A stretch of 64,000 nucleotides of DNA from Pavona decussata (taxonomy: Eukaryota), in the NCBI GenBank assembly GCA_977016875.1, contig CDRNST010000123.1, positions 4,092,001 to 4,156,000 of the forward strand, given 5' to 3'. Every line of letters starts with the position of its first letter. The first letter of the stretch is position 1. Below, in pieces: positions 13,419 through 25,621 of the stretch. The position numbers and the translations under genes were made by a program. The notes beneath the pieces are model-generated. The model was not told where the DNA came from. It did no database searches and saw nothing but the letters and a program-made list of their open reading frames with translations.

Positions 13419-16400
13419 ATGGTGAGTAGTATGTTTAATGTTCCTACTTCTGCTAGAATGCATTCATCGAGTGTTGTATTTAGGAATCAATGAGCCAAGA
13501 TATCTTTTTCATTGTTGTCACTTTCTGATATTTTGTTTCTATAATATAGAGAGACCCAACAGTTCACTCTGCAAAAATTGGAATCTTACGGATTAGAAGA
13601 AAGAAAGTATGGAATGAAAAACCATTGCAAACTTCCCTTTTATTTTTCAAACAGAAAATGAATTGAAGTTCTAGTTCTTTGAAAGTTAGGATTCACAGCT
13701 ATTGATCCCGCCTGCTTGTCGTTCACAAATTTAACACTGGAAAATACTATATCATCTTAGCTAAAACAAATAGAAAACAAATAGATAAGTATATTATCGG
13801 ATTTACCGTTTAGTTAAGGGTATTTTATGAGATATATTTTTCAAGAAAAAGGAAAAGAAAAGGAAATTTGTTTTCATTTGAAGTTGTTTACGTGAATACA
13901 TCTTCCACAATGGAGAACGTGTCGCGACGTGACGTCACTATACAACCAGGGAGCTTGAATGATGCGTGCACATGGCATTTGAGATAAAGATACCGTCTTT
14001 TTTTTCTTTTCTTTTTTGTTTTCCTTTTTTTTTTTTTTCTATTTCTGCGAACATCCAGCTGTGGTACCGAACTTTTTACATCTTTAGAAGCTGTGTTGAG
14101 AACTACATGTAGCACCGTAGAGCACCGTATTTTTATAATAAGACCCGGCGTCACCATGTTCCTACCCTGGCTAGAGAGGCGTTTTTATCTCAGCTACACC
14201 TCATGTTTGGTCAATAAAAGCAACCGGCTCACATGACTTGTAAGGCTCCGAGCGTGCATTCAAAAGTGAAACTTTTCCAAATTGTCCACTGAAGTATTGG
14301 AAAAGCAATTCTCATAGAGATTTGTGTTTATCCGTGCACATTAGCCGTTGTTTGAGTCCCTTGAATAGGGTGTCATTTTGTATCCGTTTTCCCTTCCTTT
14401 TCCCTTAAATAAGGTCAGGGTTCGAGAACCTTCGCGACACACCCCTATCGAAAATTTTCGGGAGTACCCCCCCCCCTCTCCCCCACGGTCGAAATAACGG
14501 GTTAGACAATGTAGACGTAACTTCGTCGCTCCGTTTAAAATGTCTGTTTAGTTTGTTTGCTATAAACTTAGTCCTGACTGATTAAAGTGAAAATGGGACG
14601 TTAGGCTTATAACTTACCCTTCGCGGCACACCCCTATCGAAAATTTTCGGGAGTACCCCCCCCCCCCCCTCCTCGGGAGGGTCTATTTCCCACATTTAAA
14701 GTGAGGCGATTTTTCAAAGTTAGTTTTCAGAGGTAACTGTCAAAAAATATGGAAGCATTATATTCATATGATAACAGAATAACAGGCAGCCGTTCTCAAG
14801 GACTCAGAGTTATTTCTCTTAAAACAAGGTTTGGAGCACTCCTATAAGGTCCCTTTGTTCATAATTACTTGTGCAGTGACGCCACAAGTCCAGAAATGGC
14901 CGGCGTTCGAATTCTTTAAATCGTGTCTCGAATTTCCACAGCCTCAGTAGCACAAGCTCTATGAGCTTTATAAATTATCTCTCTTTTAGTGGTGGTGGTG
15001 GTGAAAAGGGAAGGGTGAAATGTTTCTTTTTTTCTTTGGTACTTGGAATGACTGTAGCTTTAAATCCAACGGCACAAGTAAAGGCCAGCTCTAGCCGATT
15101 ATCTCTGTCTCTCTAGGCACTCATGGAAGAGCCTTACACATGTGCACCTCACGTCCACCGATGCCCTTGTCCATCAGATGACGTCATTTGCCGCAACAAC
15201 AACAGCAACATGAAAGGAGTAAACAAATCTCTACTTACGGAGGCATTCTTTCAAAGTATCATTGGAATGAGAGGAAAAGTAGTTTCTTGGCAGCCTTTTG
15301 AGGTAAATAATTTTTTTTACGCTTCTACCAGTCTTGTTCTATTTAAATTCCTTTACTTGATTTACTAATTCAAGAGGCTCAAATGCGCCCAGCCAATTAG
15401 ACGCCTGCGAAGTCGCTGTATATTCTGCGCTATCTCACAGAATATGCGACAACTTTTGACCAAGAAAACGCTGATATTAGCAAGTAAAAAAGGGCGATAT
15501 CGCGGACATTGGGCATGGAGCCATGGGATAAGAAAGTTACACAGTGCTGGCTCGTAGTATTAAACACCGTCATAAGTAACATTTCTCACACTTTCAAGTT
15601 TCAATCCTCTGAACCGCGTTACGGTAACTTTTTTCTTGTCAGGTACCATTGCAAAAGATTGGGCTAACAACAACTTGTAAGGCGGCACAAAACGATGAAA
15701 GAATTATCGGCCATCATGGGTTTGAGATCCGATACAGACAGAACAATGGTAAGGCTTTCTAAGCAAGTTTGCTGGTTAGTTATCTTTCGTTTTTAGGGCT
15801 GCGGGATGAAACCTTTATTTTCAACCCAGTTTTTAAGTGATTTTGTCCTGAAGTGTGAAGTGAAGTTTATAAATCCTTACCCGGGCTTCTCCAACCAAAG
15901 TTAAATGATCAAACGTCATTTGCCTGGTATTGGATCAAGAGGCACTGACGTACAAGCTGTTTTCCTAAGTAATTGGCAAATGCTCGCAAGTTAAATGCGA
16001 AAAGGGAAGGGTTCCTGCTCCACAAGCGCACGTCGCATGATAACATTCAGACCATTGCAAAATTGCTTTTCCAGACAGCTTTCGATTGCCGGGCGTTTGT
16101 GAGGTACTAAATTATGTTTCTATTCTCTAAAGGGGACGCTGTAACCAAAACATTGCGCGTGGTCGCGAAATGTAAGCCGCTGGCCGACAGGTTTGTTAGG
16201 ATCTTTTCAGACTGGATAAAGCGCCAACCAGGCGAGGTTAGCCAGTATGCTGAGATGTTTCAACATGTGTCGTATTTCAGGTTAGTTCTGTCTGTTGATG
16301 AGCTTGTTTTAAGCGAGCAACATCGCTAAGTTAGGGAATGTTTACATGGAAGGAGGAAGATTCTAGAAGGCGAAACAACTTTTCCTTTGGTTTACATGCA

Positions 16401-19400
16401 TAAATTTCGGTGGTTACCAAGTGGAGAAGGAAAAGAAGAAAAATTGTCTGTCTTTAGCAGTTGAACGTTCGGCTGACGCCATGTTTGTTCTTTTTTGTTC
16501 CTAGTAGGAGGATCTTCCGAGCGAAGGTAGTTTACATGGTGATAGGATCTTCCTAGTGCTAGGATCTTCCTATTTCTTAGCTAAAAAGATCCTATCGCTA
16601 GGAAGATCCTAGCACTAGGGCCAAGTACAACGTTTCGCATGCAAAGTGAATACAGAAAACATATGGCGCTTGTTGGTTGATCTTCCTAATGCTAGGATCT
16701 TCCTCCCTCCATGTAAACGGCCCCTTAGGCAGCCTTTCTTAAATTTCGAATGCTTTATCAACGGAGTTAATAGAAACTAACCCCCTTGTCGATTTCTTAA
16801 ATTTCGCTACACACGAGACTACTGAAGAAGCATAACCGGTAAGATTTTTTGAACTGAGTAAATTTCTTTTCATATGTACAGTGTTAAAAATTTAAAACGG
16901 ATGAAATCGAAATTTTATAGAAGTACAGATTGTATAAAACATTGGATCGCACGTCTCACTTTTTTCTTCCGCCACGTACGTGTATGAATCGTTCTCCCCA
17001 CACCAACAGACCTCAATTCTTCTACAGTCAAACCTCCCGTAAGCGACCACCCAAAATGCCAAGATTTAGTGGTCGCTTACAAGAGTCGAACCAGAGGGGT
17101 GTCTCTTCTAGGTACAGGTATGACACATCTACTTATTCGAAGATAATTTATTGCATACATTTTCCTAATTACAATACGAGCAGTGTTAGGTTGTCACTAA
17201 GAGTTCCTTCGTAATTTATGAGTAGCGTAGTACATACAGCCAACATGGATCAGATCATGTGTCAAGAGGTTAAAAACAAGGAAAATTCATAATGCCACCA
17301 CCTCAAAAAGTGGTCGCGGTCGCTTATGAGAGGTGGTCGTTTACGAGAGATTCCAACTAAAGGGCTTTGAGTGGCAAAAAATTTGGTGGTTTGGATAGAC
17401 CTCTGGATAGGTGGTCGCTTGTGGAAGGTGGTCGCTTACGAGAGGTGGTCGCACATGGAGGTTCGACCATATTTCAATACATGCTGGAGAAAAGGACGCT
17501 TGCTGAATCATTTAAGCCTGTGATATAATATTATCGAATGTTCTCTCTATACAGGCACTCAGATGTGAGGGAGATAGAAATAGTAAGAACATGTGACCAT
17601 AGGTTTACGGACATTGCACCAACTGTTTATCACACCATCTGTAATCCGTCCAAGGTATGAAAATCTTTCTCAGTCTGACGACAGCCTTTTATTTGGAGAG
17701 GTGTAACTCAAACCGCCGGACCACTGAGCTAATGAATTTGAATTAGCAATGAATTAATATGTTTCGTTGTTTATTTCTTTTCCAGGAACTATTCGTCATA
17801 GTTATGGAGGATCTAACTGGGCGCGTGACTCACTTCAACACTGTTGATAACGCGCCAGAAGTTTGGGACCAGGAAGATATAAAGGTATGCGGCCACTCAT
17901 TTGGTTTGAAATTACAGAAGCATCCAAAAAACGCTGGAAATAATGAAATGAGGTCCACCCCAAAACCTCTAGGGTGCAGTTCTTTTGTCTGCTTGCGGAC
18001 TGCACCCTACTCCCGGCGGCGACGGCAACGAAAACGTCACTTGAAAGCTATAACTTCATTTTATTTGTGCTACTTCGCGATCATTTCAACTCATCCAACT
18101 AGTACAAAAATAACGAACTACCCAGGAACCAATTTGGTAGGAGCGGCGTTCGAGAAAAAAAGATTAACCGTCGTGTGCTCACCTTCCCCATAAAACCTTG
18201 AATTTGGTCATTTCACGTTGTTGTTTTGCAGGGGACGGCAAAGAAATATATACTAAAATTTAAAACGCACGTGCAGGGCGATTGTTTTTCCTCATTAAAC
18301 CTATTGTTTTGCGGAATTTTCGTTGCCGTCGCCTTCGTCGTTGTTTAAGTTCCCTATTTTGCTCCTTGTGCCTCTTTGTCGCCAGCTTTACCTTCAATGA
18401 TGCGATGACAACCAGTGAAAATAATGATGGCAAACCCGGCCTTAAGCCCTGGTCAAACGGTGCGTGATAATCGGTCAGTGATAGTCGTTTGACCACCAAC
18501 TATCGTGCATCGACTATCATCAATTCTTATTCAGTTTGAATTTGTTCAAGTTCTTCATGATAGTTGATGATAGATTTTCCCGTTTGACCACGCGCATGAT
18601 AGTCGACGACAGTTTAATTTTCGGCCAGCTGTTTTTCCCCAAAGTTGACCATCCGCTCATGCGCCGTTTGACTAAGGCCTTAGAGTACACTGATTTGCAA
18701 ACAGAACTAATTTTGTCACAATGAATTACGAATTTCTCAGGTTAAAGTTTATCGTTCCTTTTTGTCTGTTTTTTTTTTTTTTCATTTCTAAAGGTTGTGT
18801 TAAGAGATATCGCCCGCTTTCACAGTATCCACCTTGATGATGTAGCCCACCTTACCTCAGAGTCGTGGATGTGTGTGTACAATCGTAGTGTTATGAAGGC
18901 ACTTTCCGGTTTTTGGCGGGCTCTTTTGCAGCAAAATCACCTGTCTTTTCCAGACATTTGGACAACAAAAAGGTAACTAACACGAACTCCCGCGGGGGGA
19001 GGGGGAAGGTACTCAAGATAGTTTTGTTCGGGAAGGTTCCGCTCCGAGCCAAACCCTTACCCTTTTATATACCGTTTTTGATAAAAAAGGTAACCTTCCA
19101 TTTAAAATGGAATGTTTTCAGGACCAGAAAAACTGCATGTCTTTTCGATTGTTTGTTAATGAAATCAATTTGTCCTTTACCAATACAACTGATGCTGATA
19201 TTTTAAAGAAAAATTCAAATGCAAATTTTATTACATGTTACGAATGTGAGCTTAAGATGGTGTTAGTTATTTTTTCTTTCTTTCTTTCTTTTTCTCCTTC
19301 TTTAGGACGAGACTCGTTACCAGATTTATTGACAACCTAGATCAGTTGTGGCAAGTTGTCGAATCTTTCCCTCAGACCTTGATCCACTATGATTTCACTC

Positions 19401-19897
19401 CAAGAAACGTGTGTATTCGCAAGCAAGAGGCAAATGAAGACAATGGGCAAGAATCCTTTAGCATAAACAACAAAACATGCCGACTCTCCTGCATCTATGA
19501 CTGGGAAATGGCGACAGTTCATGCACCACAACATGACGTAGTTGAATTCCTTGCGTTTGCGCTTCCAGCAAAAAGTGACATCGCGACACGAACGAACTTT
19601 GTCCGGTTTTATCAAGGGCAGCTGGAAAGATTTAGTGGGAGAACGTTTGACTCCGTTCAGTTTATGGACGTTTTTAACGCGGTGTGTTGCATGTATGCTC
19701 TGCATCAGCTTTCACTGAAGACAATAACGCACTCCGTGACGAGGCTGCCGTATTTTGAGAGAGCTGTTCAATCGCACATGGGATATTTGGAGGACCTAGA
19801 AGCAAGGAACTCTCTCGAGATCCTTGATAATGGCCCCTCCCAAAGACCCTTACAATTCAAAGATCGCTCACTGCTGAATCGTAGTCTTGGTCACTAA
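13419..19897 (+). CDS. Aminoglycoside-phosphotransferase/choline-kinase (EcKL-like) superfamily small-molecule kinase, about 470 aa
   Basis: Exons 13419-13421 (ATG only, less certain; alternative start ATG at 15123), 15117-15302, 15643-15748, 16133-16280, 17555-17654, 17786-17884, 18794-18972 and 19306-19897 are phase-consistent GT-AG. Motifs: VVAKCK, REIEI, IVMEDL, IARFH, catalytic loop TLIHYDFTPRN (HxDxxxxN) and metal-binding YDWE...PQHD. Confidence 0.82.
16334..16724. mobile_element. PIF/Harbinger-like MITE (TTA TSD)
   Basis: TTA|GGGAATGTTTACATGGAAGGAGGAAGA ... TCTTCCTCCCTCCATGTAAACGGCCCC|TTA, with internal AGGATCTTCCTAG repeats. Confidence 0.7.
17023..17471. mobile_element. Tc1/mariner-type MITE (GCGACCAC/GTGGTCGC subterminal repeats)
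   Basis: TA|CAGTCAAACCTC start and a degenerate GGAGGTTCGAC end. Same family as 38241-39080 and 44073-44676. Confidence 0.7.
18008..18356. mobile_element. Common MITE-like repeat (CGACGGCAACGAAAA ... TTGCCGTCGCCTTCGTCGTTG)
   Basis: Inverted terminal motifs. The left end is obscured by a 40-bp hairpin at 17970-18009. Confidence 0.55.
18442..18682. mobile_element. PIF/Harbinger-like MITE
   Basis: GCCCTGGTCAAACGGTGCG ... GCGCCGTTTGACTAAGGC, flanked by TTA. Confidence 0.65.
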
Positions 19898-21685
19898 CAT
19901 TATGTGTTCTTTTGGATGAAGAAACCCGAAACAACGGAATTAAACCTACGAACTGGCTCTGTAGCAAAAGGGTAGATTTATGATGACATTTTCTTCACAC
20001 GTCAGACCATTTTGTTGTTGTGCCTACTGTAGATGGCAGCGCCAGAGCTCTCCTAGCCCAAGCCTCCACTGAATCGTACAAGATGGTGAGGGCTAGGGCA
20101 ATTAGACGCCTGTACGTCGTGTCACCCTAGTTGCAATTATCAAATTCGTTTATGGAGCCCTGGTTCAGCCCAGATCTACTGAACAAGAGATTGGTAACAA
20201 AAAGTACAGCACGGTCCAGTATGCGTATGGTCTTCTACATTCAAGTGTACAAACACATCTGTGCGAAGGAATTTTTTAACCTTCTGAGTTGCCTGGTAGT
20301 TAATTGAGTCGTTTCGCAAAGCTAGAAGGGCAGTAGAGTTGCAAATAATCCCTATATTGGCTATCCGACAGCGTTAGTTCCTAATTAATATACCTCCACA
20401 TTATGGAACGCTTTCAAAGGGAGCTTTAAAAAAACTTTTTGACATTGCTATCAGAGTTACATTGTAGCTTGTAAAAAGGGACGAGATAAATTACAAAATC
20501 AGGAAAAAGCTTCGTAAGAGGAAATAAATGAAACATAAATGTACAAAAACCTTTTAAAACAATTTCAATAAACTATATAACGTATTTATTCGATTAACTA
20601 CCTACCTTCAGATAAGCGCCCACCCTGAAAGCCCGAAAACTTAATAAACGCCCACCCCCACCCATCTCAACGAAAAACATGCATTCTTGTACGAGCCCAG
20701 CGTGAAGTAAGAGGAGCGTCAGTTGTGTTCCAAAATTGGTTTTAGATACGATAGTCAATGAACTTTTATATTGTAGGCTTGTTCAGTGTTAGGGTTTGCA
20801 TTTTGTTTTGTCTTGTTGAAATAAACTTGTTATCCCTTGTTTTGTTATTCTCTAAAAGCGTCCTTGCTTCCTGAAAATGTTGGGAAAATAATAAGCACCC
20901 ACCCTCGAATAAGCGCCCACTCTCATGGGCCCAAAATTAAATAAGCGCCTAGGGTGGTTAATTGAATAAAGATCAATAAATACGGTATATAAAAAGCATT
21001 TAAGGACTTTTTTGTTGATTATTCAGTACATCCAGCTGTATAATGCATACTTATCCGTGCGATCAGATGACATAATATAACAACACTTGTTCCTCAAATG
21101 GCAAGTGTAGAACTGCGTTAGGGCTCGAGCCCAAACTCATCCCTGATCATGTACACAATTGGTTGTCGTTTTTTTGTTTTTTTGCGCGAGTCCACACTTC
21201 TTCCGCTAGCCCACATCGTGATGGAACGCATCCATCCACAACCAACACCGGCTAGCTATTCTCCCGCGAACTCATCAAGCTTCGGTTTGGACCAGTATTG
21301 AAAAAAAAAAAATGGAAAAAACTTCTTTATCTGATTCTTTAGCATGCAACATTGCCTTTCCCTTTTCTTTCTTTCATCGGATCCTCATCTGGGTAGATGA
21401 AAAATACAGTTCTTCTAGTTTTCTCCACTCGACACCTCAATCAGTTCGTAACACGGAAAATTTTTTTACGTGCGTACTTGTTCGAGGGGGGAAATATGTC
21501 GTTATGCATACGAGATAAGGCCAGGGGGATAAGCTTCCCAACCCTAAAAAATTCCTGTGATTTTCACAATCAGCTAAGCCGCAATTCAAACAGTTTACGT
21601 TTTGTAAGTAACTTTAACAAGATGAAGAACTCGACTCCCCTTCTCGGCCTAGGCATGGGCCGGTTCCTATGAATAAAGATTAGAT

Positions 21686-21727
21686 GTGACGTCACATTTT
21701 GCTGGGACAGTTGGCGGTTGATTCAAA
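21686..21727 (+). promoter_or_regulatory. DEPDC promoter motifs: CRE palindrome TGTGACGTCACA, MYB-like CAGTTGG, and GGCGG-N4-TTCAAA (CDE/inverted CHR-like)
   Basis: Motifs read directly 80-120 bp upstream of the ATG at 21808. Function is inferred. Confidence 0.4.
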
Positions 21728-21807
21728 GTTGCCCGCCGGCAAGACATGTTGTAATTTTGCTGATTGTCATAATAGATCTAAAGATTGTCTTCGAGACATG
21801 TCACACT

Positions 21808-23814
21808 ATGACTGAGAATAAGAAATTAAACTTCGCCGGAAGTAAGGACGATGCTGATTTGGCTCGCGAACCTTTCAAGGCAACAAAAATCTGGAACGAA
21901 CTCATCGAACATCTGCGAACGAATGTCGATCAGCGTCGAAGAAGGTGGAAATTCCAGTATTACGAGAACTGCTTTCGTGGCGGTGATGTGGTTGAGGTGC
22001 TCCATGCTTACGTTCAAAGCAATCCTGATTTGTCAAAAGACGCTACTCGCAGCCAAATGAGATGTTTATGTCAAATTCTGTTGGAGAAACGAGTCATCCA
22101 ATCCGTAACTATGGACAACAACAAGCCAAAGAGCTGTAGTTTCGAAGATGGCAACAGGTTGTACAGATTTTCGTCCCCTGATGACTCGATTGATCACTCA
22201 ATTGCTTCTCCCTCTCAAGCTGAAAAGAAAATAAGTAGACGAAGAAGTCTTCTTGGTCAAAGGGATAAAAGAACAGACAGAAGAAAGTCGTTGAGTTTTA
22301 CACCCAGAGCGCAAAAGAGATTTGCTGATTTGTTGATGTCCGAGACCACACAATCACCTGAAGTTGCTAATAACACGCGGACACCGGAAATTACACCAAA
22401 GAAGCGAAGGCGGCTCAGTTTGGATGCTGGTTTGGGTTTAAGGTAATCTCGACCGAATTTATTCATAAAATTTTTATAACATCAAGTTTGATCATGTTGT
22501 TGGAATCACACATTAGGCCATTTTCATGATGGCGTCATTTGACTACAACTACCAGAATTCATTTTGTTTTCCTTTTCAAATTCAAATTTTGTAATCCCAG
22601 AGGACAGCAAAGAACAATAGCTCTAATTAGCACGAGAAACAAAAAACTGAAGGATTCTGGTAGTTGTAGTCAAATGACGCCATAGTGAAAATGTCCTATT
22701 TTCATGACTACTTTTATATCATATGTCAAGAAAGAAAACAGTCATTTCATGTTTGATGCCAAAAAAAATATATAATTTGTTGTTTTTTATGGCAAATCAC
22801 AGCACTTGAAAAAACTTCTGTATTGAAGTCGACAAAGTTTATAGTGATGTGATCTAAACTAAGTTTATTCTTTAATTTTCTATACAGGAAGAATAAGATG
22901 GCCATGTTGTCTAATTCAACCGATCACAAAGATATTATCAGTGAAGTATGGTTTGAAGTAGCCCTTTCTCAACTCCTTCAGCTCACAGAGATTCCTTTCC
23001 TGGAAGACATATTGGCCCCACCGTCAACAGATGATGACATGGGGGTAATAGTCATATCAAATAATGTCCCAGGATCTTGGAGCAGGAGTTCTGACCACCA
23101 GGAAAATGTCAGTAGCTCAGAATCAAGCAGTGTTTGGATCACAGCAGGAATAGAATGTATGCAGCTGCAGAGCGACTTCCCTTTGCCGCAGCGGACTGAC
23201 GTGAGCTATCTGAATGTGACGAATATCAAGGAAGCAGGTATCCAACAGTTTCTGTTGGAGTATTACAGCTCACTCCTAGATTCACTCATTCCCTCTAACC
23301 TAACAGACTTAGTAGATGGCATGCTTTGTGCGCTGACCAATAATTGGTCAAAGGTTGTTTCATTTCTGCCGCTGCTGGCTTTGATGCTTCCAACAAGCCA
23401 AAGAAAACACCTCAGAAAATTGTTGAACTTTATTGGGTGGTCTCAGGGCACATGTAGTGGAAGATTCATTGTCAAGAAGTTCATGACTGCTATCTTACCA
23501 AAGGATGTACAAAACAAGGTGGGTGTCCCAGTTCTCCATTGTTGAGTGTATTCAGCAAACAAGCTGCAATAAATCATCATCATCATTATTATTATTATTG
23601 CAAAAATTACAGAGAGATTTAGGGCTCCACTTTTCGGAGTCATCTTGACACCATTATCAAGAGAAAATAAGTTTATGAACGCGGATATTTAAATACGCTA
23701 GAGCTGAAAATTAACCTATTTTCTCTTGATAATGGAGTCAAGATGACTCCGAAACATCGAGCCCTAAATCTCTCTGTAATTTTTGTATGTCTTTTCTTCA
23801 GCAAAACCCTTTTG

Positions 23815-23863
<49 letters not shown>

Positions 23864-25206
23864 GGTTTTAGCCAGATTTCTTTCTGGGTGTTCTGTGGAG
23901 GTAGTTTTTGAACAAATTGATAGAAAATCTCTGTGATTGCTTACACTGTTATGGGGTAACGTACATTGTAGTTCATGATCAAGAAGTGTGTTAAGAGTGT
24001 TTTCTGCCACCCTGGGAATCTTGCCCACTAATTTTCTCCCAGATTCCAGCCCTGTCTCCTCCTGGACAGCTTTTAACACCTTGCTGAATGGTACCTCCAA
24101 GGGATTAAAAAGAGCTCAAAACTGTGCTCAAAACTTGAATGAACATTATGTTTAATCACAACCCACAGCACTGTTAAAAAAAAAAGTAGGGGATGTCGTG
24201 TATGATGTGGGCTGTCAATTCTTGGATGTAATTCATTACTGCACACCATGGTTTATGAGTTCTGAGTGCCAGATGGACAGATTGAGTCTTCATCAGTCTG
24301 TTGGTCTAGGAGTAGCCAGAACTAAATACATTCACATTTAACATTGATGGTGTGTTTTGGAGGGTCTCAATCTCTTCTTAGCCAGAGCCCAGGGAAGGGG
24401 GGGGGGGGGGGGGGATTTAATGGCACCCTTTTTCAGACCTAGCCTCACCTCACAGGTCTCTAGAATCCATTCCCCGTTTTCAGACTTTCAAACCAAGATG
24501 GTTACAATCTATACCCTATTCCAGACCAAAACAGCTCAAAAACCATACCCTTTGTGCTGTACATACCTGATAGCTTAAACAGGGGAGTACTCCCTGGGAG
24601 CCAGAGTCCTCAGGCTCTTTGGCCAGTGGTTGGTTGCCATGAAAAACATTCTCTTCTGGCAACCAACTGCTGGTCAAAGAGCCTGAGGACAAGTTTAGAT
24701 GGCAGGAGACTGAGTAGATCACTCTAGACAGCTCCTTTTACCCCATACACACCAATATCATTCTCCGAATAAAACTGTTTAAACTCACAGTGGTACTTTT
24801 ACTGAGACCAAATAAATTTCTTGTCTGAGAGACTGAGACACATAGTTATTTCTCCATCTCATTAATTTCATAGGTTGCTGGCCAACAACTGGTTTGTTTG
24901 ATGGTGAAGCATCAGCAACAGATGTTCACCACACCAGCTCCTCTCAAAGAGCTCTATAGAAGAAACATGTCATATGTGCAGAGGGGAGTGTGTCCACCCA
25001 CATCATCTAGAGTATGTCAACAGATTTCAGTTGCAGAGTACAGACAACAAAAACACGCCATGGCAAATCAATCTCTTAGTGAGCTTATGAATTTCATTAT
25101 CGACAACTTGCAGATGTCACTGAAGGAAAAAGGGGAAAGGCTCAAACTCTTTCAAAAACACCACAATGATGTATTTATGCAGCAATTTCCAAATGGGCAG
25201 TTCTGA
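21808..25206 (+). CDS. DEP domain-containing protein, DEPDC1/DEPDC7/DEPDC4 family (DEP plus degenerate RhoGAP-like region), about 532 aa
   Basis: Exons 21808-22442, 22888-23518 and 24874-25206 are in frame. The N-terminal PFKATKIWNELI..RRRRWKFQYYENCFRGGDVVEVL and C-terminal MSLKEKGERLKLFQKHHNDVF motifs are typical of this family. The paralog cannot be resolved by eye. Confidence 0.85.
22514..22698. mobile_element. Palindromic MITE in DEPDC intron 1 (TAG...CTA ends)
   Basis: TIRs of about 45 bp: TAGGCCATTTTCATGATGGCGTCATTTGACTACAACTACCAGAAT. Confidence 0.7.
23601..23785. mobile_element. Palindromic MITE in DEPDC intron 2
   Basis: Inverted arms of about 70 bp: CAAAAATTACAGAGAGATTTAGGGCTC...TCAAGAGAAAATA. 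Confidence 0.7.
23815..23863. repeat. (ATT)n microsatellite
   Basis: Direct reading. Confidence 0.9.
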
Positions 25207-25275
25207 GAAACTTCAAAATTGCCTTTCTGAAGTGCAGTAGGAGTCTGTGATCAAGTTTTGATTAACTTTAACAAG

Positions 25276-25621
25276 TACCGTAAATGCTCGAATTAGCGCC
25301 CGGGGCGCTTATTTAATTTTCTAAGGGGAGAGGGGGGCGCTTATTTGAAGGGGGGCACCTATTTCGTTTATCAATTTTTAGCCTCAAAATGACACTATCT
25401 TTATTTCTATTTAAAACCAAACTGCTACATAAAAATTCAAATAAAAACCTTATAGAAAACTACTTTTTGCGAACTCGAAACGTTCTTAAGACTTTTTCAT
25501 CAAAAAGGGGGGCCGCTTATTTGAAGGGGGCGCTTATTACAACTTTTGAGCCTTAGGAGGGGCACTAATTTGAACCGGGGCGCTTATTTGAAGCTGGGCG
25601 CTAATTCGAGCATTTACCGTA
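25276..25621. mobile_element. Tc1/mariner-type MITE (GGGCGCTTATT repeats) just after the DEPDC stop; relatives at about 20580-20987 and 58436-58925
   Basis: TACCGTAAATGCTCGAATTAGCGCCC ... GGGCGCTAATTCGAGCATTTACCGTA. Confidence 0.8.

Noticed and set aside
21718-21807. N-terminal extension of DEPDC shown in the ORF track
   Set aside because: It starts at TTG and overlaps promoter-like motifs; the ATG at 21808 fits the family N-terminus.
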